Positions 49,894 through 61,871 are shown, counted from the stretch's first letter. The stretch is 64,000 nt of DNA from Parcubacteria group bacterium (GCA_943357895.1 CALRGO010000003.1:15389-79388); one strand, 5' to 3'. Made by a program: numbers and translations. The notes: generated by a model from the sequence alone, not told the origin.

Positions 49894-50427
49894 TTAGATG
49901 GCGGCGAGCAGACTTTTGAATTTTTCTTTAAGGAGGGCGAGCTTCGGATTGATTACGATTTCGCAGTACGGGGCTGTTTTATTATTTTCGTAATAGTCCT
50001 GATGATAATCCTCCGCGTCGTAGAAGTCAGTAAGTGGCTTTAATTCCGTGACGATCTTGCCGCTCGCACTATCAGCGTTTAACTTCGCGATGAATGCTTC
50101 GGCCGCCGCCTTTTGCGCATCGTCCGTGTAAAGGATTATCGAGCGGTATTGTGTACCTACGTCACTACCCTGCTTATTAAGCGAAGTTGCGTCGTGCATG
50201 GCAAAAAATACCGTAAGGAGGTCGCTGTACGAAATATGCGCGGAGTCATAAATGACTTTCACGACTTCCGCGTGACCCGTGTCGCCAACACTAATACGCT
50301 CGTACGTGGGGTTAACAGTCGCACCGCCGGCATAACCAGAGATAACGCCCATGACGCCCTTCAATTCCTTGAATGCGGCTTCGATACACCAGAAGCATCC
50401 TCCGCCGAATACTGCTATCTCAGGCAT
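49894..50427 (-). CDS. msrA: Peptide-methionine (S)-S-oxide reductase
   Basis: [18 protein letters not shown]. Confidence 0.97.
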   Translation of the reverse strand: MPEIAVFGGGCFWCIEAAFKELKGVMGVISGYAGGATVNPTYERISVGDTGHAEVVKVIYDSAHISYSDLLTVFFAMHDATSLNKQGSDVGTQYRSIILYTDDAQKAAAEAFIAKLNADSASGKIVTELKPLTDFYDAEDYHQDYYENNKTAPYCEIVINPKLALLKEKFKSLLAAI

Positions 50428-50436
50428 TAGTTTTTG

Positions 50437-51456
50437 CTAGAGAAGGTTAGGACGGTTAAAGAAGGAATTCTCTGCCTCTTTCGTGATGCGGATCAACATC
50501 TGTAATGCCTCGAGCGGGTAATTACCTGCCGCCGTTTCGTCTGAAAGCATAACAGCGTCCGTGCCGTCCCATACCGCGTTTGCGATATCCGAAACTTCGG
50601 CGCGCGTCGGGTACGGGCTATTCATCATCGACGAAAGCATCTGCGTGGCGGTAATAGAACCCTTGCCGTACCATGCGGCGGTGCGGATAAGGTGCTTTTG
50701 TACGTACGGTACTTTTTCGAGGGTTATTTCCGTACCCAAGTCGCCGCGGGCAACCATAACGGAATCAGACGCCTGCATGATAGCGTCGAGGTTCTTTAAG
50801 GCTAATGCCATTTCGATCTTCGCAACGATCTTCACCTTAGGGCCCACGAGCTCGCGCAGGCGGATGACGTCGTTAACATCCTGCACAAAGGAAAGCGCCA
50901 CGTAATCAACACCTTCAGCTACCGCAAACTTTACGTCCTCGATGTCCTTGTCCGTAAGGCCAGATGTCGTAAGTTTAGTATTAGGCACATTAACGCCCTT
51001 ATTGGAGAATAAGCGGCCGCCGCGGACAACCTTCGCGGTAAAGCGGTCGCCCGTAACGCCCGTAACGACTAATTCCATTTCGCCGGACGAAAGGTAGAGC
51101 GGGTCGTTAACCTTGATATCCTCGTGAATGCACGGGTCGCTGATATAAATTTCTTCGGGCTTACAACCTTCTTTATCGGTAGTGAATGTTATTACTTCGC
51201 CGTTCTTCAGCTCACGGCCTTCTGCGGGCATCGTGCCCACGCGCAGGCGCGGGCCCTTTAAGTCCTGCTGGATATAAACTGTCTTCCCGAGCGCCTTACA
51301 GGCTTCGGTAATGAGAGCCTTACGACTCCGGTACTCGTCGTACGTGCAGTGCGAAAAGTTCATACGGGCGATATCCAAGCCCGACTCGACGAATTTATAG
51401 ATCATCTCCTTCGACTCCGACTTCGGCCCGATTGTAGCAATAATTTTTGTACGCAT
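50437..51456 (-). CDS. pyk: Pyruvate kinase lacking the C-terminal domain
   Basis: RMNFSH, MVARGDLG, PTRAEVSD. Confidence 0.95.
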   Translation of the reverse strand: MRTKIIATIGPKSESKEMIYKFVESGLDIARMNFSHCTYDEYRSRKALITEACKALGKTVYIQQDLKGPRLRVGTMPAEGRELKNGEVITFTTDKEGCKPEEIYISDPCIHEDIKVNDPLYLSSGEMELVVTGVTGDRFTAKVVRGGRLFSNKGVNVPNTKLTTSGLTDKDIEDVKFAVAEGVDYVALSFVQDVNDVIRLRELVGPKVKIVAKIEMALALKNLDAIMQASDSVMVARGDLGTEITLEKVPYVQKHLIRTAAWYGKGSITATQMLSSMMNSPYPTRAEVSDIANAVWDGTDAVMLSDETAAGNYPLEALQMLIRITKEAENSFFNRPNLL

Positions 51457-51534
51457 AGGAAAATAAGCTTAGCACGGCGCATTAAAATAAACAAAAAACC
51501 GCCGCACACGAAGTGTACGACGGCTAAAAAAATG

Positions 51535-52290
51535 CTACTTTCGCGGTTGCATCCACGCAAGCACGAGATTTCGTCCGACTGACTCCCGATTATACAGATT
51601 CGAATGGTATGCCGGCTCGCCATTGATCGTGGCGCATGCCGTACAGAGCGGCTTCGTCTCCCGAAGAATTTGGCTATGTTTCAAGCCAAGCTCTAAAAGT
51701 TGGGAACGCATTAATGAAAAGAGATCGATTGATTTCTTCCCCACCGCCGGACCATTAGTTGCCGCAGCAGTCGGAAATTGACTGATGAGTGCATTTATAT
51801 GGCACTCTGGCAACCAATCAAGCCCGTAACAGCACGGACCGATGCCGTACGCAAGCCGCACCTTAACGGTTTTTCCATTAAACTCATGACGCTCGAAAAA
51901 CGTTTGCAAGATCCCCAAACCGCCATCCGGCTGGACAAGGCACTTCAGCCCGCAATGTAGAAGAGCGAGTCGATGCTCATCTTCATCGTAAACAATTGCC
52001 GCCGGACAATCGCCGTTTGTCATGCCGAGCGCCACGTTTGACTGGTTCGTCATTACACCATCAGAACATTCTTCTGACTGGAAAACTTTAGGCATAAGCT
52101 CTTTCCAACCAGCCGACGCCACAGACAAGCACTGCGTCGTAAAATTAGGACGCATGAGATGCATACGATCAAACGTATGCCCCGTGATCACTGATTTTTG
52201 CATCAGCTCCTGCCATACTGGCATTTCTTCGGCTTTCTTCGGCACACGGAAATTACCCTGCATCTTCCCATAAAGGGTATGGAATAACAC
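51535..52290 (-). CDS. Divergent YfiH/PgeF-family protein
   Basis: DGVMT, GDCP, LHCG, GIGPCCY, CTAC; SD GAGGAG. Confidence 0.8.
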   Translation of the reverse strand: MLFHTLYGKMQGNFRVPKKAEEMPVWQELMQKSVITGHTFDRMHLMRPNFTTQCLSVASAGWKELMPKVFQSEECSDGVMTNQSNVALGMTNGDCPAAIVYDEDEHRLALLHCGLKCLVQPDGGLGILQTFFERHEFNGKTVKVRLAYGIGPCCYGLDWLPECHINALISQFPTAAATNGPAVGKKSIDLFSLMRSQLLELGLKHSQILRETKPLCTACATINGEPAYHSNLYNRESVGRNLVLAWMQPRK

Positions 52291-52397
52291 GACATTCTCC
52301 TCTCAAAAAAAGGGTTCTGAAAGTTGGAAACTTGTAAGTTTTCAAAGATACTCACGCAAATATATTATGGCATTAATATCTATATACGTCAACTTTT

Positions 52398-53591
52398 TTA
52401 CGGCAGAAAATCTTTCGCGCGGCGGCGGATGTGGCGAGCGCGGCTCACGCGGTGCGCCTCGTCGCGGACGCGGATCATGATTTCTTTCGTGCCGCACTTT
52501 GGCATAGTGCCTATAAATACGTTGTTTTTTCTCTCTGCTCCTTTTGCGATACCCACCACGGGGATTTTTAAATTAAATTCATTAAGGACAACCCGTGCCA
52601 TATTCACTTGGCCTAATCCACCGTCTACCAAAATACCGTCTGGTAACGGCCACGCCTTGTTTTCGAACCGGCGCGTTAAAACTTCGCGCATCATACCTAC
52701 GTCGTTTGGCCCCGTAACGGTACGGATATTAAACGTACGATATTCGGCTAAATCCCTAACGCCGTCCGTAAACACAACCATCGCGCCCACCGCGTTTGTA
52801 CCTGATATATTCGATATGTCGTATCCTTCGATACGACCTATAGGACCACCCAGATCTTCGTCTTTACCGATAAGGGCGGTTTCTTGGATGTGCTGTAGGG
52901 CAAAGAGTTTGCGTTTTATGGACTCCGCTTTCTCAAACTGCAAGGACTTTGCGTACTTTTGCATATCCGCCTCGAGCCCACAAATTATTTTTTTCTTTTC
53001 GCCACGGAAGAATAATTTAAGATTACGGATGTTCTTCGCATAATCAGTTTTGGTTATACCGCCCGTGCAAACGGCGGGGCATAACCCCAACTGGCAATTA
53101 AAGCAGGGCTTATCCCCCCTTTTACCTTCTTTTAAGTGATCGCTCCACGGAAAAATATTACGGATTATGCGGAGTGCCGCGCGGGCAGATGAGGCGGAGA
53201 CAAACGGACCATATAATTCACCTTCGTCGCCCGCCAAATCTTTACCCCGCACAAGAAGCACTCGCGGAAAGATATCTTTAGTAAAAACGACGTATAAAAA
53301 ACTTTTATCGTCCTTCTCGCGGATGTTGTAGGGCGGCATATGCCGCTTAATGAGCTGGCTTTCAAGAATCAACGCCTCGATAGAGGTATCCGTATCCTCG
53401 TGGTCGATGGTAACTATTTCAGAAACTAAGCTTTCTATACGACTGTCATGTGGGCGCAAAAAATAACTCGAAACCCTGCGATGCAGGTTTGCCGCCTTAC
53501 CAACGTATAAAATGCCGCCCGCGGCGTTTTTCATGATATAGACGCCTGCTGTTGTCGGCAGGTTTTTATATAAGTTCTCGCGCGAGCTCAT
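52398..53591 (-). CDS. uvrC: Excinuclease subunit C, short form without HhH2 tail
   Basis: GIY-YIG (GVY...YVGKA), UVR motif, YDISN, DGG. Confidence 0.9.
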   Translation of the reverse strand: MSSRENLYKNLPTTAGVYIMKNAAGGILYVGKAANLHRRVSSYFLRPHDSRIESLVSEIVTIDHEDTDTSIEALILESQLIKRHMPPYNIREKDDKSFLYVVFTKDIFPRVLLVRGKDLAGDEGELYGPFVSASSARAALRIIRNIFPWSDHLKEGKRGDKPCFNCQLGLCPAVCTGGITKTDYAKNIRNLKLFFRGEKKKIICGLEADMQKYAKSLQFEKAESIKRKLFALQHIQETALIGKDEDLGGPIGRIEGYDISNISGTNAVGAMVVFTDGVRDLAEYRTFNIRTVTGPNDVGMMREVLTRRFENKAWPLPDGILVDGGLGQVNMARVVLNEFNLKIPVVGIAKGAERKNNVFIGTMPKCGTKEIMIRVRDEAHRVSRARHIRRRAKDFLP

Positions 53592-53592
53592 A

Positions 53593-56127
53593 TTATTTCA
53601 TCACCCGCTTCAAATATTCCCCCGTGTGACTTTTGGGGGAATTCGCTATCGCTTCGGGGGTACCGACAGCGACGACTGCCCCACCGCCAATACCACCTTC
53701 TGGCCCCATGTCTATCACCCAGTCCGCGGTTTTTATAACGTCCAAGTTATGCTCAATAACGACTACGGTATTGCCGCGGTCGACGAGGCGGTTTAAAACC
53801 GTAAGCAAATTTTTAATGTCCGAAAAGTGTAAGCCCGTCGTCGGCTCGTCGAGCAAGTACAACGTCTTCCGCGTATCACGTTTACCGAGCTCCGCCGCGA
53901 GCTTTATGCGCTGAGCTTCGCCGCCCGAAAGCGTCGTAGCCGACTGACCGAGCGTTATATAGCCCAAACCGACTTCGTTTAAAATCTTTAACTGGTCGTG
54001 CAACCATGGAATTTCTTTAAAAAATTCTTCGGCTTCTTCGACAGTAGTTTGAAGCACATCGTAAATATTTTTGCCTTGGTATTCCACCTCGAGCGTTTCA
54101 CGGTCGAACCGCTTGCCTTTACATACTTCACAGGTCACATGTATTGTGGGCAAAAAATGCATCTCGATGGCTATTTCGCCATGACCTTCGCAGTTTTCGC
54201 ACCGGCCGCCTTTTACGTTAAAGCTAAAACGGCCGACCTTGTACCCACGTACCCGCGCATCGGGCGTTGCGGCAAAGAGCTCGCGGATGTGCGTCCATGC
54301 GCCCACATAGGTGGCGGGGTTAGACCGCGGGGTACGGCCAATAGAGCCCTGGTCGACGTTTATCACGCGCGTAAGGTATTCCCCGCCGAATATCTCTTGA
54401 TCGGGAATCAATTTATGATTCGCACCGTTAAACGAATTAGCAAACTTTTTATACAGCACGTCGTACACTAAGGAGCTTTTGCCGCTGCCAGAAACGCCCG
54501 TTACAGCAACGAACCTACCAAGTGGAATATCAACGCTAATATTGCGCAAATTGTTCATATGCGCATTGCGGATTTTTAACACCGGCGCGTTTTTTACCAC
54601 TTTGCGACGTTCGGGGATCTCGATCTTTACGTCGCCGCGCAAATAATCGAGCGTAAGGGATTTTTGCTTAGCGTCCTTGAGAATAGCCGGTATCGGGCCT
54701 TCTGCTACGACCATTCCCCCATGCACGCCTGCCGCAGGGCCGATATCTACCAACCAATCTGACGCGCGAATAGTATCCTCGTCGTGCTCCACAATGATTA
54801 TGCTATTGCCCAAGTCGCGCAGTTCTTTAAGCGTAGCTATCAGCCGGTCGTTATCTCGCTGGTGCAACCCAATAGTAGGCTCATCTAAAATATATAACGT
54901 GCCGACGAGCCGCGAGCCGATTTGGGACGCCAAGCGAATGCGTTGGCTTTCGCCGCCGGACAAGGTGCCCGACTTACGCTCGAGCGCTAAGTAATCGAGG
55001 CCGACGTTTATCATGAATTTAAGACGGTTCCTAATTTCCTTAATCGGCAGTTCCGCCACTTCATACACCGTGTTTTCTTTTTTCTCCGCCTGCTCGAATA
55101 ATATAACGTCGAGCTCGTCAAAAAATGCGTACGCGTCTTTTATCGACATGTTGACGACAGTCGAAATATTTTTGCCGTTTATTAAAACCGAAAGCGCTTC
55201 TTCCTTAAGACGTTTACCTAAACAAACTTTACACGGGTCTTCGCTCCATACGCTCTCCGTCCCCAACCCATGGCATTCGGCACAGGCGCCGTACGGACTG
55301 TTGAACGAAAATAAGCGCGGCTCAATTTCGGGGAAGGAAAAGCCGTCACGCGGGCACGTAAACTTTGCCGACAAGGCGACCTCTTCGTCCGTAATTATCG
55401 TTACTACGTCCTGCCCGTATTTAAGCGCCGCACCGATGGCCTCTGATAGACGTAGGCGATTATCTTTTTCACTGAAGTCGAGCGATGTGGGGATGCGGTC
55501 TACCACTAAATCAATGGTATGCGCCTTATTACGGTCGAGCACTACCCGCTCGCGGAGCGACCGCAACTCGCCGTTAATACGCGCTTCGGAATAGCCGGCG
55601 TTTAAAAAGTTATAAAACATTTGGTAGTACTCGCCTTTACGCCCCCGTACCACCGGCGCCATAATCACCATATTCCGTTTGCCCTCGGCTTTCTTTGCGA
55701 TATTCACGGCTACATCCACTATCTGCTCGTTCGTCATCTTCCGTATTTCCGACCCGCACTTGGGGCAAAACGGCGTGCCGACGCGCGCGTAGAGCACGCG
55801 CAAGTAATCGTAAATTTCGGTAATGGTTGCGACTGTGGAGCGCGGATTACCCGAATGACTCTTTTGGTCAATCGAAATTGCGGGCGACAAACCCTCAATT
55901 TCATCTACATCCGGCTTATCGAGCGAACCTAAAAACTGCCGCGCATATGCGGAAAGCGATTCGATATACCGGCGCTGGCCTTCGGCAAAGATTGTGTCAT
56001 ACGCCAAGGACGATTTGCCGGACCCCGAAGGGCCAGTAAAAACCACAATCTTATTGCGCGGAATAATAAGCGAAACGTTTTTAAGGTTATGCTCTCGTGC
56101 GCCTTTTATACTAATTACGTCTTTCAT
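53593..56127 (-). CDS. uvrA: Excinuclease subunit A
   Basis: GAREHNLKN, two ABC domains, Zn-finger Cys pairs. Confidence 0.98.
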   Translation of the reverse strand: MKDVISIKGAREHNLKNVSLIIPRNKIVVFTGPSGSGKSSLAYDTIFAEGQRRYIESLSAYARQFLGSLDKPDVDEIEGLSPAISIDQKSHSGNPRSTVATITEIYDYLRVLYARVGTPFCPKCGSEIRKMTNEQIVDVAVNIAKKAEGKRNMVIMAPVVRGRKGEYYQMFYNFLNAGYSEARINGELRSLRERVVLDRNKAHTIDLVVDRIPTSLDFSEKDNRLRLSEAIGAALKYGQDVVTIITDEEVALSAKFTCPRDGFSFPEIEPRLFSFNSPYGACAECHGLGTESVWSEDPCKVCLGKRLKEEALSVLINGKNISTVVNMSIKDAYAFFDELDVILFEQAEKKENTVYEVAELPIKEIRNRLKFMINVGLDYLALERKSGTLSGGESQRIRLASQIGSRLVGTLYILDEPTIGLHQRDNDRLIATLKELRDLGNSIIIVEHDEDTIRASDWLVDIGPAAGVHGGMVVAEGPIPAILKDAKQKSLTLDYLRGDVKIEIPERRKVVKNAPVLKIRNAHMNNLRNISVDIPLGRFVAVTGVSGSGKSSLVYDVLYKKFANSFNGANHKLIPDQEIFGGEYLTRVINVDQGSIGRTPRSNPATYVGAWTHIRELFAATPDARVRGYKVGRFSFNVKGGRCENCEGHGEIAIEMHFLPTIHVTCEVCKGKRFDRETLEVEYQGKNIYDVLQTTVEEAEEFFKEIPWLHDQLKILNEVGLGYITLGQSATTLSGGEAQRIKLAAELGKRDTRKTLYLLDEPTTGLHFSDIKNLLTVLNRLVDRGNTVVVIEHNLDVIKTADWVIDMGPEGGIGGGAVVAVGTPEAIANSPKSHTGEYLKRVMK

Positions 56128-58103
56128 TGTTTTATTTTTTCCAGTTCTTTCTTAAGTTCTTTTATCTCTTCGCGTAATAGTGTTGCAAGTTCGAAGTTAA
56201 GCTCACCTGCCGCTTCGCGCATATCACGCTCTTTTTCTTTGATAAACTTCGCTAAGCCAGTCTTCGAGCCCATTAAAGGCGCGGCTTCGAGGGATGCGAC
56301 CGCGGCCGGCATCATATCACGAATCGCACGCACCACCGTACGCGGGATTATGCCATGTTCCTTATTGTACGCAAGCTGGATTTCTCTGCGGCGCGCGGTT
56401 TCCGAAAGCGCGCGTTCGAGCGAACCCGTCATAGTATCGGCATAGAGGAGTACCTCGCCGTCCACATGGCGGGCGGCGCGGCCAATGGTCTGGATAAGAG
56501 ACGTTTCACTGCGCAAAAAGCCCTCCTTGTCGGCATCTAAAATAGCGACAAGTGAAACTTCCGGCAAGTCCAACCCTTCGCGGAGCAGGTTAACGCCCAC
56601 TAATACGTCGTACTCGCCCCTACGGAGCGCAGTCAAAATCCGCACGCGGTCTAAAGTCTTTATGTCGCTGTGCAAGTACGCCGCCTTGTAATTCTTTTCT
56701 TCCAGATACATCGACAAGTCCTCCGCCATCTTTTTGGTAAGGGTAGTGACCAAGATACGCTCTTTCTTTTTAATGCGTGCGTCGATGCGCGGAATAAGGT
56801 CCTCAATCTGCCCGCGCGCAGGCAATACCGTCGTCTTCGGGTCTACCAAGCCCGTGGGGCGGATAATTTGCTCCACAATTTTATCACTCACTTCGTATTC
56901 GTATTTGGACGGTGTGGCGGATGTGAATATCACTTGGCCGACGCGTTCTTTAAACTCTTCGAATGTCAGTGGGCGATTGTCTGCGGCGGAGGGTAAACGA
57001 AAGCCGTAGTCGATAAGCGTTTTTTTGCGTGCCGCATCCCCCGCATACATTCCCCCTATTTGCGACACGGCAACATGCGATTCGTCGATAACCGTCAAAA
57101 AATCTTTAGGGAAATATTCAAGCAGAGTCTCCGGTGGCGCGCCCGCATCGCGGCCAGACAATACGCGCGAATAGTTTTCAATACCATTGCAATAGCCGAT
57201 TTCGCGCATCATCGCTATATCAAAATTAGTGCGCCGCTCTAAACGCTCGGCTTCTAAAAACTTCTTTTCTTTCTCGAATATCGTAAGTTGCGCCTTTAAT
57301 TCTTTTTGGATTTCTAAAATTGCCCGCGCACGGTCGGGGGCGCTTGTCACATAGTGCTTAGCGGGCGCTATCACCGCTTCTTCGACTTCCGGTGTCTTCC
57401 CCGCCATAAAACCCTCGACGGGGTTCACCTCGTAAATCTTTTTGATTATTCCTTTCTCCGTTTCTATTACGTAGATAAGCTCGCGGTCTGGCGGCATTAT
57501 CTCCCACTGGTCGCCAATAAGGCGAAAGGTACCGCGCTTCAAGTCGGCCGTCGTGCGGGTAAAGTGCAATGATATAAGCTTGCGCGACAACGCCGCGCGG
57601 TCGAGCGGCGTATCTTTTTTAAAATGCAAAATATTCGCGGCATATTCCGCGGGCGCACCTAAACCGTAAATGCACGAAACGGAGGCGACCACTATCACGT
57701 CCTTGCGCGTTAAAAGAGCTGTTGTTGCCGCATGGCGCAAGCGGTCTATCTCGTCGTTTATCATCGCCTCCTTCGCAATATAGGTATCAGAGGTGGGCAT
57801 ATACGCCTCCGGCTGGTAGTAGTCGTAATACGAAACAAAGTAATGCACGGCATTATCGGGGAATAATTCGCGGAACTCGTTACAGAGCTGAGCCGCTAAC
57901 GTCTTGTTGTGCGCTATCACGAGCGTGGGCCGCTGTACGGCTTGAATGACGTTTGCAATAGTAAACGTCTTGCCGGACCCCGTAACGCCCAAAAGCGTCT
58001 GTCTATCCAAGCCTTTTTCAAGGCCTTCTACTAATGATAAAATAGCAGCCGGCTGGTCGCCCGCGGGTTTATTATCTGACTTAATCTTGAATAATTGAGC
58101 CAT
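56124..58103 (-). CDS. uvrB: Excinuclease subunit B
   Basis: [22 protein letters not shown]. Confidence 0.98.
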   Translation of the reverse strand: MAQLFKIKSDNKPAGDQPAAILSLVEGLEKGLDRQTLLGVTGSGKTFTIANVIQAVQRPTLVIAHNKTLAAQLCNEFRELFPDNAVHYFVSYYDYYQPEAYMPTSDTYIAKEAMINDEIDRLRHAATTALLTRKDVIVVASVSCIYGLGAPAEYAANILHFKKDTPLDRAALSRKLISLHFTRTTADLKRGTFRLIGDQWEIMPPDRELIYVIETEKGIIKKIYEVNPVEGFMAGKTPEVEEAVIAPAKHYVTSAPDRARAILEIQKELKAQLTIFEKEKKFLEAERLERRTNFDIAMMREIGYCNGIENYSRVLSGRDAGAPPETLLEYFPKDFLTVIDESHVAVSQIGGMYAGDAARKKTLIDYGFRLPSAADNRPLTFEEFKERVGQVIFTSATPSKYEYEVSDKIVEQIIRPTGLVDPKTTVLPARGQIEDLIPRIDARIKKKERILVTTLTKKMAEDLSMYLEEKNYKAAYLHSDIKTLDRVRILTALRRGEYDVLVGVNLLREGLDLPEVSLVAILDADKEGFLRSETSLIQTIGRAARHVDGEVLLYADTMTGSLERALSETARRREIQLAYNKEHGIIPRTVVRAIRDMMPAAVASLEAAPLMGSKTGLAKFIKEKERDMREAAGELNFELATLLREEIKELKKELEKIKQ

Positions 58104-58260
58104 ATGAAACATTTAAGTATGCCATATATGGCAAAGATTACCAATATGCCACATCAATTAAACTCAAGCGTTGCTTGACAAATATTCAATTACCATGGTA
58201 TATTATATATCGAGTAAGTAACCCGCTCGTTCCCATTTCACGTTTAGTAAAGGACAGAAA

Positions 58261-58542
58261 ATGCGCTTGTTTCAATGGCTCGGAAATTTATTGAATCCTC
58301 TTACCTCACAATCCCCACATTCGATGGTCTACGTCGTGCATAAACTGCCGGCAGGGACGCCGTGGACGCGTGAAGAGGTCGACCATTTCCGCGGAAAAAA
58401 TCTTCGCGGATCGGGCGACGGAATGATCGCGCTCTATCACAATCCCGGTGCCGCGATCCTATCCGACTTGCTTGGACACAGCCACTTTGCTATCCGGGAA
58501 GCTCCGATGCACGGATGGCATCGCATCGCGCTCAAAGCTTGA
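58261..58542 (+). CDS. Hypothetical protein (stand-alone, SD-led)
   Basis: TTGACA-N18-TATATT, SD AAGGA, terminator ~58570-58603. Confidence 0.65.
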   Translation: MRLFQWLGNLLNPLTSQSPHSMVYVVHKLPAGTPWTREEVDHFRGKNLRGSGDGMIALYHNPGAAILSDLLGHSHFAIREAPMHGWHRIALKA

Positions 58543-58602
58543 GCACTTCCCGCACGAAGTAAACTGCGAAAACTCCGGCCGACCAGCTCGACCGGAGTTT
58601 TT

Positions 58603-59304
58603 TTATTTAAAGAACTCGCGTTTTATCTGCCGGACTTCGCGCATGAAGGGCAGGGCGTGCTCATGGCGCGGGCGCGGCAAGTCGATATCAAACACTTTCT
58701 TTACGGCATAATCCTTTACGAGAATTACCATAGTACTAAGCGCAACAGCTTCTTCAATAGAGTGAGACACCATTACGATAGTCTTCCCCGTCTCCTTCCA
58801 GATTTTAATAATGTCTTTATGCAGTTCGTCCGTCATCTGTGGATCGAGCGCCGAAAACGGCTCATCGAGTAAAAGCACGTGAGGGTTTACCGCTAAGGCG
58901 CGCGCAATACCCACCCGCCCGCGCTGCCCCCCCGACAAATCGCGCGGCAATTTACCCTCAAGTCCTTGTAAGTCCAGCATCTTGAAATATTTAAGCGCTG
59001 TGGAACGGATGCGGCTCATAGATAACCCCTTACCGTGCAACCCAAAGGCGATATTTTCCATTACTGTGAGCCACGGCATCAAGGCGCCCGTTTGGAACAC
59101 CATCGAAACGAGCTTGGGTTTTACAACAACACCCGAAGAAGCGTCTGTAATACCCGCAATTATTTTAAGTACCGTGGACTTTCCGCCACCCGAAGGGCCT
59201 ATGACGCACGCGAATGCCCCCTGCGGTACGGCAAAGCTTGCGCCCACGAGGGCAATATCTTTACCATCATACGTCTTTGAGACATTTTCAAATGAGATAA
59301 TCAT
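58603..59304 (-). CDS. NitT/TauT-family ABC ATPase
   Basis: GPSGGGKST, LSGGQ, DEPFSALD. Confidence 0.93.
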   Translation of the reverse strand: MIISFENVSKTYDGKDIALVGASFAVPQGAFACVIGPSGGGKSTVLKIIAGITDASSGVVVKPKLVSMVFQTGALMPWLTVMENIAFGLHGKGLSMSRIRSTALKYFKMLDLQGLEGKLPRDLSGGQRGRVGIARALAVNPHVLLLDEPFSALDPQMTDELHKDIIKIWKETGKTIVMVSHSIEEAVALSTMVILVKDYAVKKVFDIDLPRPRHEHALPFMREVRQIKREFFK

Positions 59305-59308
59305 AGGG

Positions 59309-60103
59309 TTATTCAAAGCGGTATTTTTCGGCATGATTTAATAGCCTCTGCCACACGAAGAAATTAATAAGGGCTATCGAGCCGACCAAAAAGACGACAG
59401 CGGTTATGAACGTGCCAACTTCCCCCGCTACTACGGAATCGACGAGTATGCTCCCTATACCGTACAAATCGTCCGCGCCCGTGCCGAACGGAATATAGGT
59501 ATGTAAAACTTCCGCAACGATGATGATGTTCCACCCCTGCGCCCACGCAAGAAGCGACCCCGTAACCAAGGACGGCGTAACGGCGGGTAAAAGCACGCGC
59601 CGGCCGTATGCCCACCCCCGTACACCAAATACCTTTGCCGCCCACGAAATGTCGCGCGGGATCGCCTTTAGCCCCGCAACGAGACTGAAGACGATATTCC
59701 AAAGCATGGAAAGGAAAATAACGAATACCGCCGCCGCATCCGTTAGCCCGAACCGCAAGAATATCCCCGCAATAAGCGGAAAAAAGGCGAGTACAGGAAT
59801 AGACTGCATGACGTCGAAAAACGGCAGAAATATATTCTCAGCGAGCGGGCTACGGCGCGAAAGAGCAACCAACGGAACGGCGGCGGCAAGTGCTAAAATA
59901 TACGCAATAAAAAGACGCGTCAGCGTGGCGAAAAAAGCGCCGGCAACGTACGACGCAGGCAAAGAAACGCTAGACCCAAACGGAAAAAGTGAAACGGCGC
60001 GAAGCGCGACCAAAAGCACGAGCACCGAAACAACGGGAATAAGCGCAGAATGAACGCGCGCAAAAAAAGTTTTAGGCGTAGGTGCGTTGCCATGAATAAC
60101 CAT
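59309..60103 (-). CDS. NitT/TauT-family ABC permease
   Basis: QSIPVLAFFP, WNIIIVAE. Confidence 0.9.
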   Translation of the reverse strand: MVIHGNAPTPKTFFARVHSALIPVVSVLVLLVALRAVSLFPFGSSVSLPASYVAGAFFATLTRLFIAYILALAAAVPLVALSRRSPLAENIFLPFFDVMQSIPVLAFFPLIAGIFLRFGLTDAAAVFVIFLSMLWNIVFSLVAGLKAIPRDISWAAKVFGVRGWAYGRRVLLPAVTPSLVTGSLLAWAQGWNIIIVAEVLHTYIPFGTGADDLYGIGSILVDSVVAGEVGTFITAVVFLVGSIALINFFVWQRLLNHAEKYRFE

Positions 60104-60184
60104 AGATATAGTATACACCAAGAAAAATAACCCCCACTATCCACTGTTTTCTGAATCCAACTCGCCTACCCCGAAAAACAAAAG

Positions 60185-60230
60185 TTATCCACAGATTATC
60201 GTTATATGCCGACCGGCATATAACGATAAT
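60185..60230. repeat. Perfect DnaA box plus 36-bp perfect palindrome, copy 2
   Basis: TTATCCACA-G-ATTATCGTTATATGCCG-AC-CGGCATATAACGATAAT. Confidence 0.85.
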
Positions 60231-60265
60231 GAATTATTTTATCACTCTTATGCATCCCGTATTTA

Positions 60266-60805
60266 TTAGTTTTTATGCCTATGCACTCTGCCCGCAGCGA
60301 GGGTCGCCGCGATAAGCGCGAATGCGGTTAAAGACATTACGGGGATCGTCACGTAGCCAAACATGATAAAAAATATGCGAGCGCATGATTCACCCGAGGT
60401 GGGGCAGGGAATGAATGTGTTACCACCCAACTGGACGAACCAGTTGTACGCGGCGACACCAGAACCGATTATTGCGGCGAGAAGCGCAACGCCCTCGGTG
60501 CGCCGACTACCCCCGAGCCATGCGTAAAGTAAAATAAACGGCAATGGAAACATGAATACGCGTTGAACTACGCACAAAGAACATGGCGGAAAACCAGCGA
60601 CTTCGGAATAAAAAAGACTCGCGAGCACGGCGAAGAGGGATATAAAAAAGGCAACGGCGGGGGCATGCATACGGAGTATCCGGTGTACTATCCACTCACC
60701 TTTTTTATGAAATATAACGGACAAAGCAATTACAATAATCCCCGCTTCGGCAACTATTGTAAGCGCCGAAAGCGCATATGTAAGAAATTCGACGGACGGT
60801 GTCAT
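60266..60805 (-). CDS. Disulfide bond formation protein DsbB/BdbC
   Basis: PCSLCVVQR, second Cys pair, GYVTIP. Confidence 0.92.
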   Translation of the reverse strand: MTPSVEFLTYALSALTIVAEAGIIVIALSVIFHKKGEWIVHRILRMHAPAVAFFISLFAVLASLFYSEVAGFPPCSLCVVQRVFMFPLPFILLYAWLGGSRRTEGVALLAAIIGSGVAAYNWFVQLGGNTFIPCPTSGESCARIFFIMFGYVTIPVMSLTAFALIAATLAAGRVHRHKN

Positions 60806-60808
60806 ACC

Positions 60809-61192
60809 TTAATTATCCGCCGGCAAAACGCAACCAGTTTTTTCTGCCAACTTTTCAAGGCTTAATAAACCGCTTTCGCGCGTGCCGTCTGCGAAATGCC
60901 ATACAGGATAACCCTCCACTTTCTTTTCTGCGCATACGGGGCGCTGGCTTTTGCCGTCGGGCGTAGAACATTCCACGTACGGCAATAACCGCTTAGCCGT
61001 GCCGAAGAGCTTCTTTTGATCCTGACAGTGCGGGCACCAGAACGCGCCGTAGAAGGTCGCACCCTTATCTTTCAAGCACTGCGCAAACCCATCGAGCTTA
61101 GAGGGTTTCGATTGCTGAATTACCGCCCATGCAACGAGCATGACTATGGCGACTAAGAGCAATGCGAGAATAAATATGGTTTTAATCTTCAT
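60809..61192 (-). CDS. Membrane-anchored thioredoxin-like protein
   Basis: FYGAFWCPHC...YVEC...GYPVW (type usually partnered with VKOR). Confidence 0.88.
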   Translation of the reverse strand: MKIKTIFILALLLVAIVMLVAWAVIQQSKPSKLDGFAQCLKDKGATFYGAFWCPHCQDQKKLFGTAKRLLPYVECSTPDGKSQRPVCAEKKVEGYPVWHFADGTRESGLLSLEKLAEKTGCVLPADN

Positions 61193-61203
61193 GTATATGA
61201 CTA

Positions 61204-61452
61204 TTACTTTCTTGCGTAATCATCTTCGTAGCGGATAATGTCTTCTTCGCGCGGTTTTCCTATCGCGATTTCGAGAAAAAGACCGTGCTGAAGACGGTGT
61301 TTCTCCCCCGGCAGTACCTTATAAAAACCGAAGTGATATTCGGTACGGTCCGCGTGCGACTGGAGACTTAACCGCCCCTTTGCCCAAATTATTTTAACCC
61401 AGAACGTGGGCGTAGCTATTAACTTCCACATCCTCCCCCACGGGCGTTTCAT
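61204..61452 (-). CDS. Minimal cupin related to the type II mannose-6-phosphate isomerase C-terminus
   Basis: RPWG, LSLQSH..RTE, KHRL, EEDIIRYEDDY. Confidence 0.8.
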   Translation of the reverse strand: MKRPWGRMWKLIATPTFWVKIIWAKGRLSLQSHADRTEYHFGFYKVLPGEKHRLQHGLFLEIAIGKPREEDIIRYEDDYARK

Positions 61453-61499
61453 ACATCCATAGAGTAGCTAAAACTATTGAAAATTACTACTCTTAGTAT

Positions 61500-61871
61500 A
61501 TGAATACACTAAAAGAATTGTTACGGATTTCGGGGATCCCTGTCGTCGTGGCATCGCTCTGCTGCCTTACGCCCGTCGTGCTTGTTGCGCTCGGGCTCGC
61601 CTCGGCATCCTTTGCCACGTCGCTCGCAACCACGCTCTATGGCACGTATAAATGGTACTTCCGCGGTGCGGGCGTGATACTACTCGCCATAAGCCTTATC
61701 ACGTACTTCCGCCGGCAAAAGGGCATCTGCACAATAGACGAAGTCGTGCGGCGCAAAAACGAAATTATAAACACCGTGGCACTCGCGCTGATTGCGGGCA
61801 TCCTCGGCTACTTTTTCTTCCTCTATGTCGTCGTCGAATACGCCGGCATTATTCTTAAGATATGGGAGTAA
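61500..61871 (+). CDS. MerT/MerC-like membrane protein with a CC pair
   Basis: ASLCCLTP in the first of three TM helices. Confidence 0.7.
   Translation: MNTLKELLRISGIPVVVASLCCLTPVVLVALGLASASFATSLATTLYGTYKWYFRGAGVILLAISLITYFRRQKGICTIDEVVRRKNEIINTVALALIAGILGYFFFLYVVVEYAGIILKIWE

Noticed and set aside
38753-60230. 36-bp palindromes as CRISPR repeats
   Set aside because: Single isolated copies 21 kb apart, no spacers, no cas genes
60122-60265. Replication origin at the perfect DnaA box
   Set aside because: Only one clear box in a short spacer, with no dnaA/dnaN or box cluster
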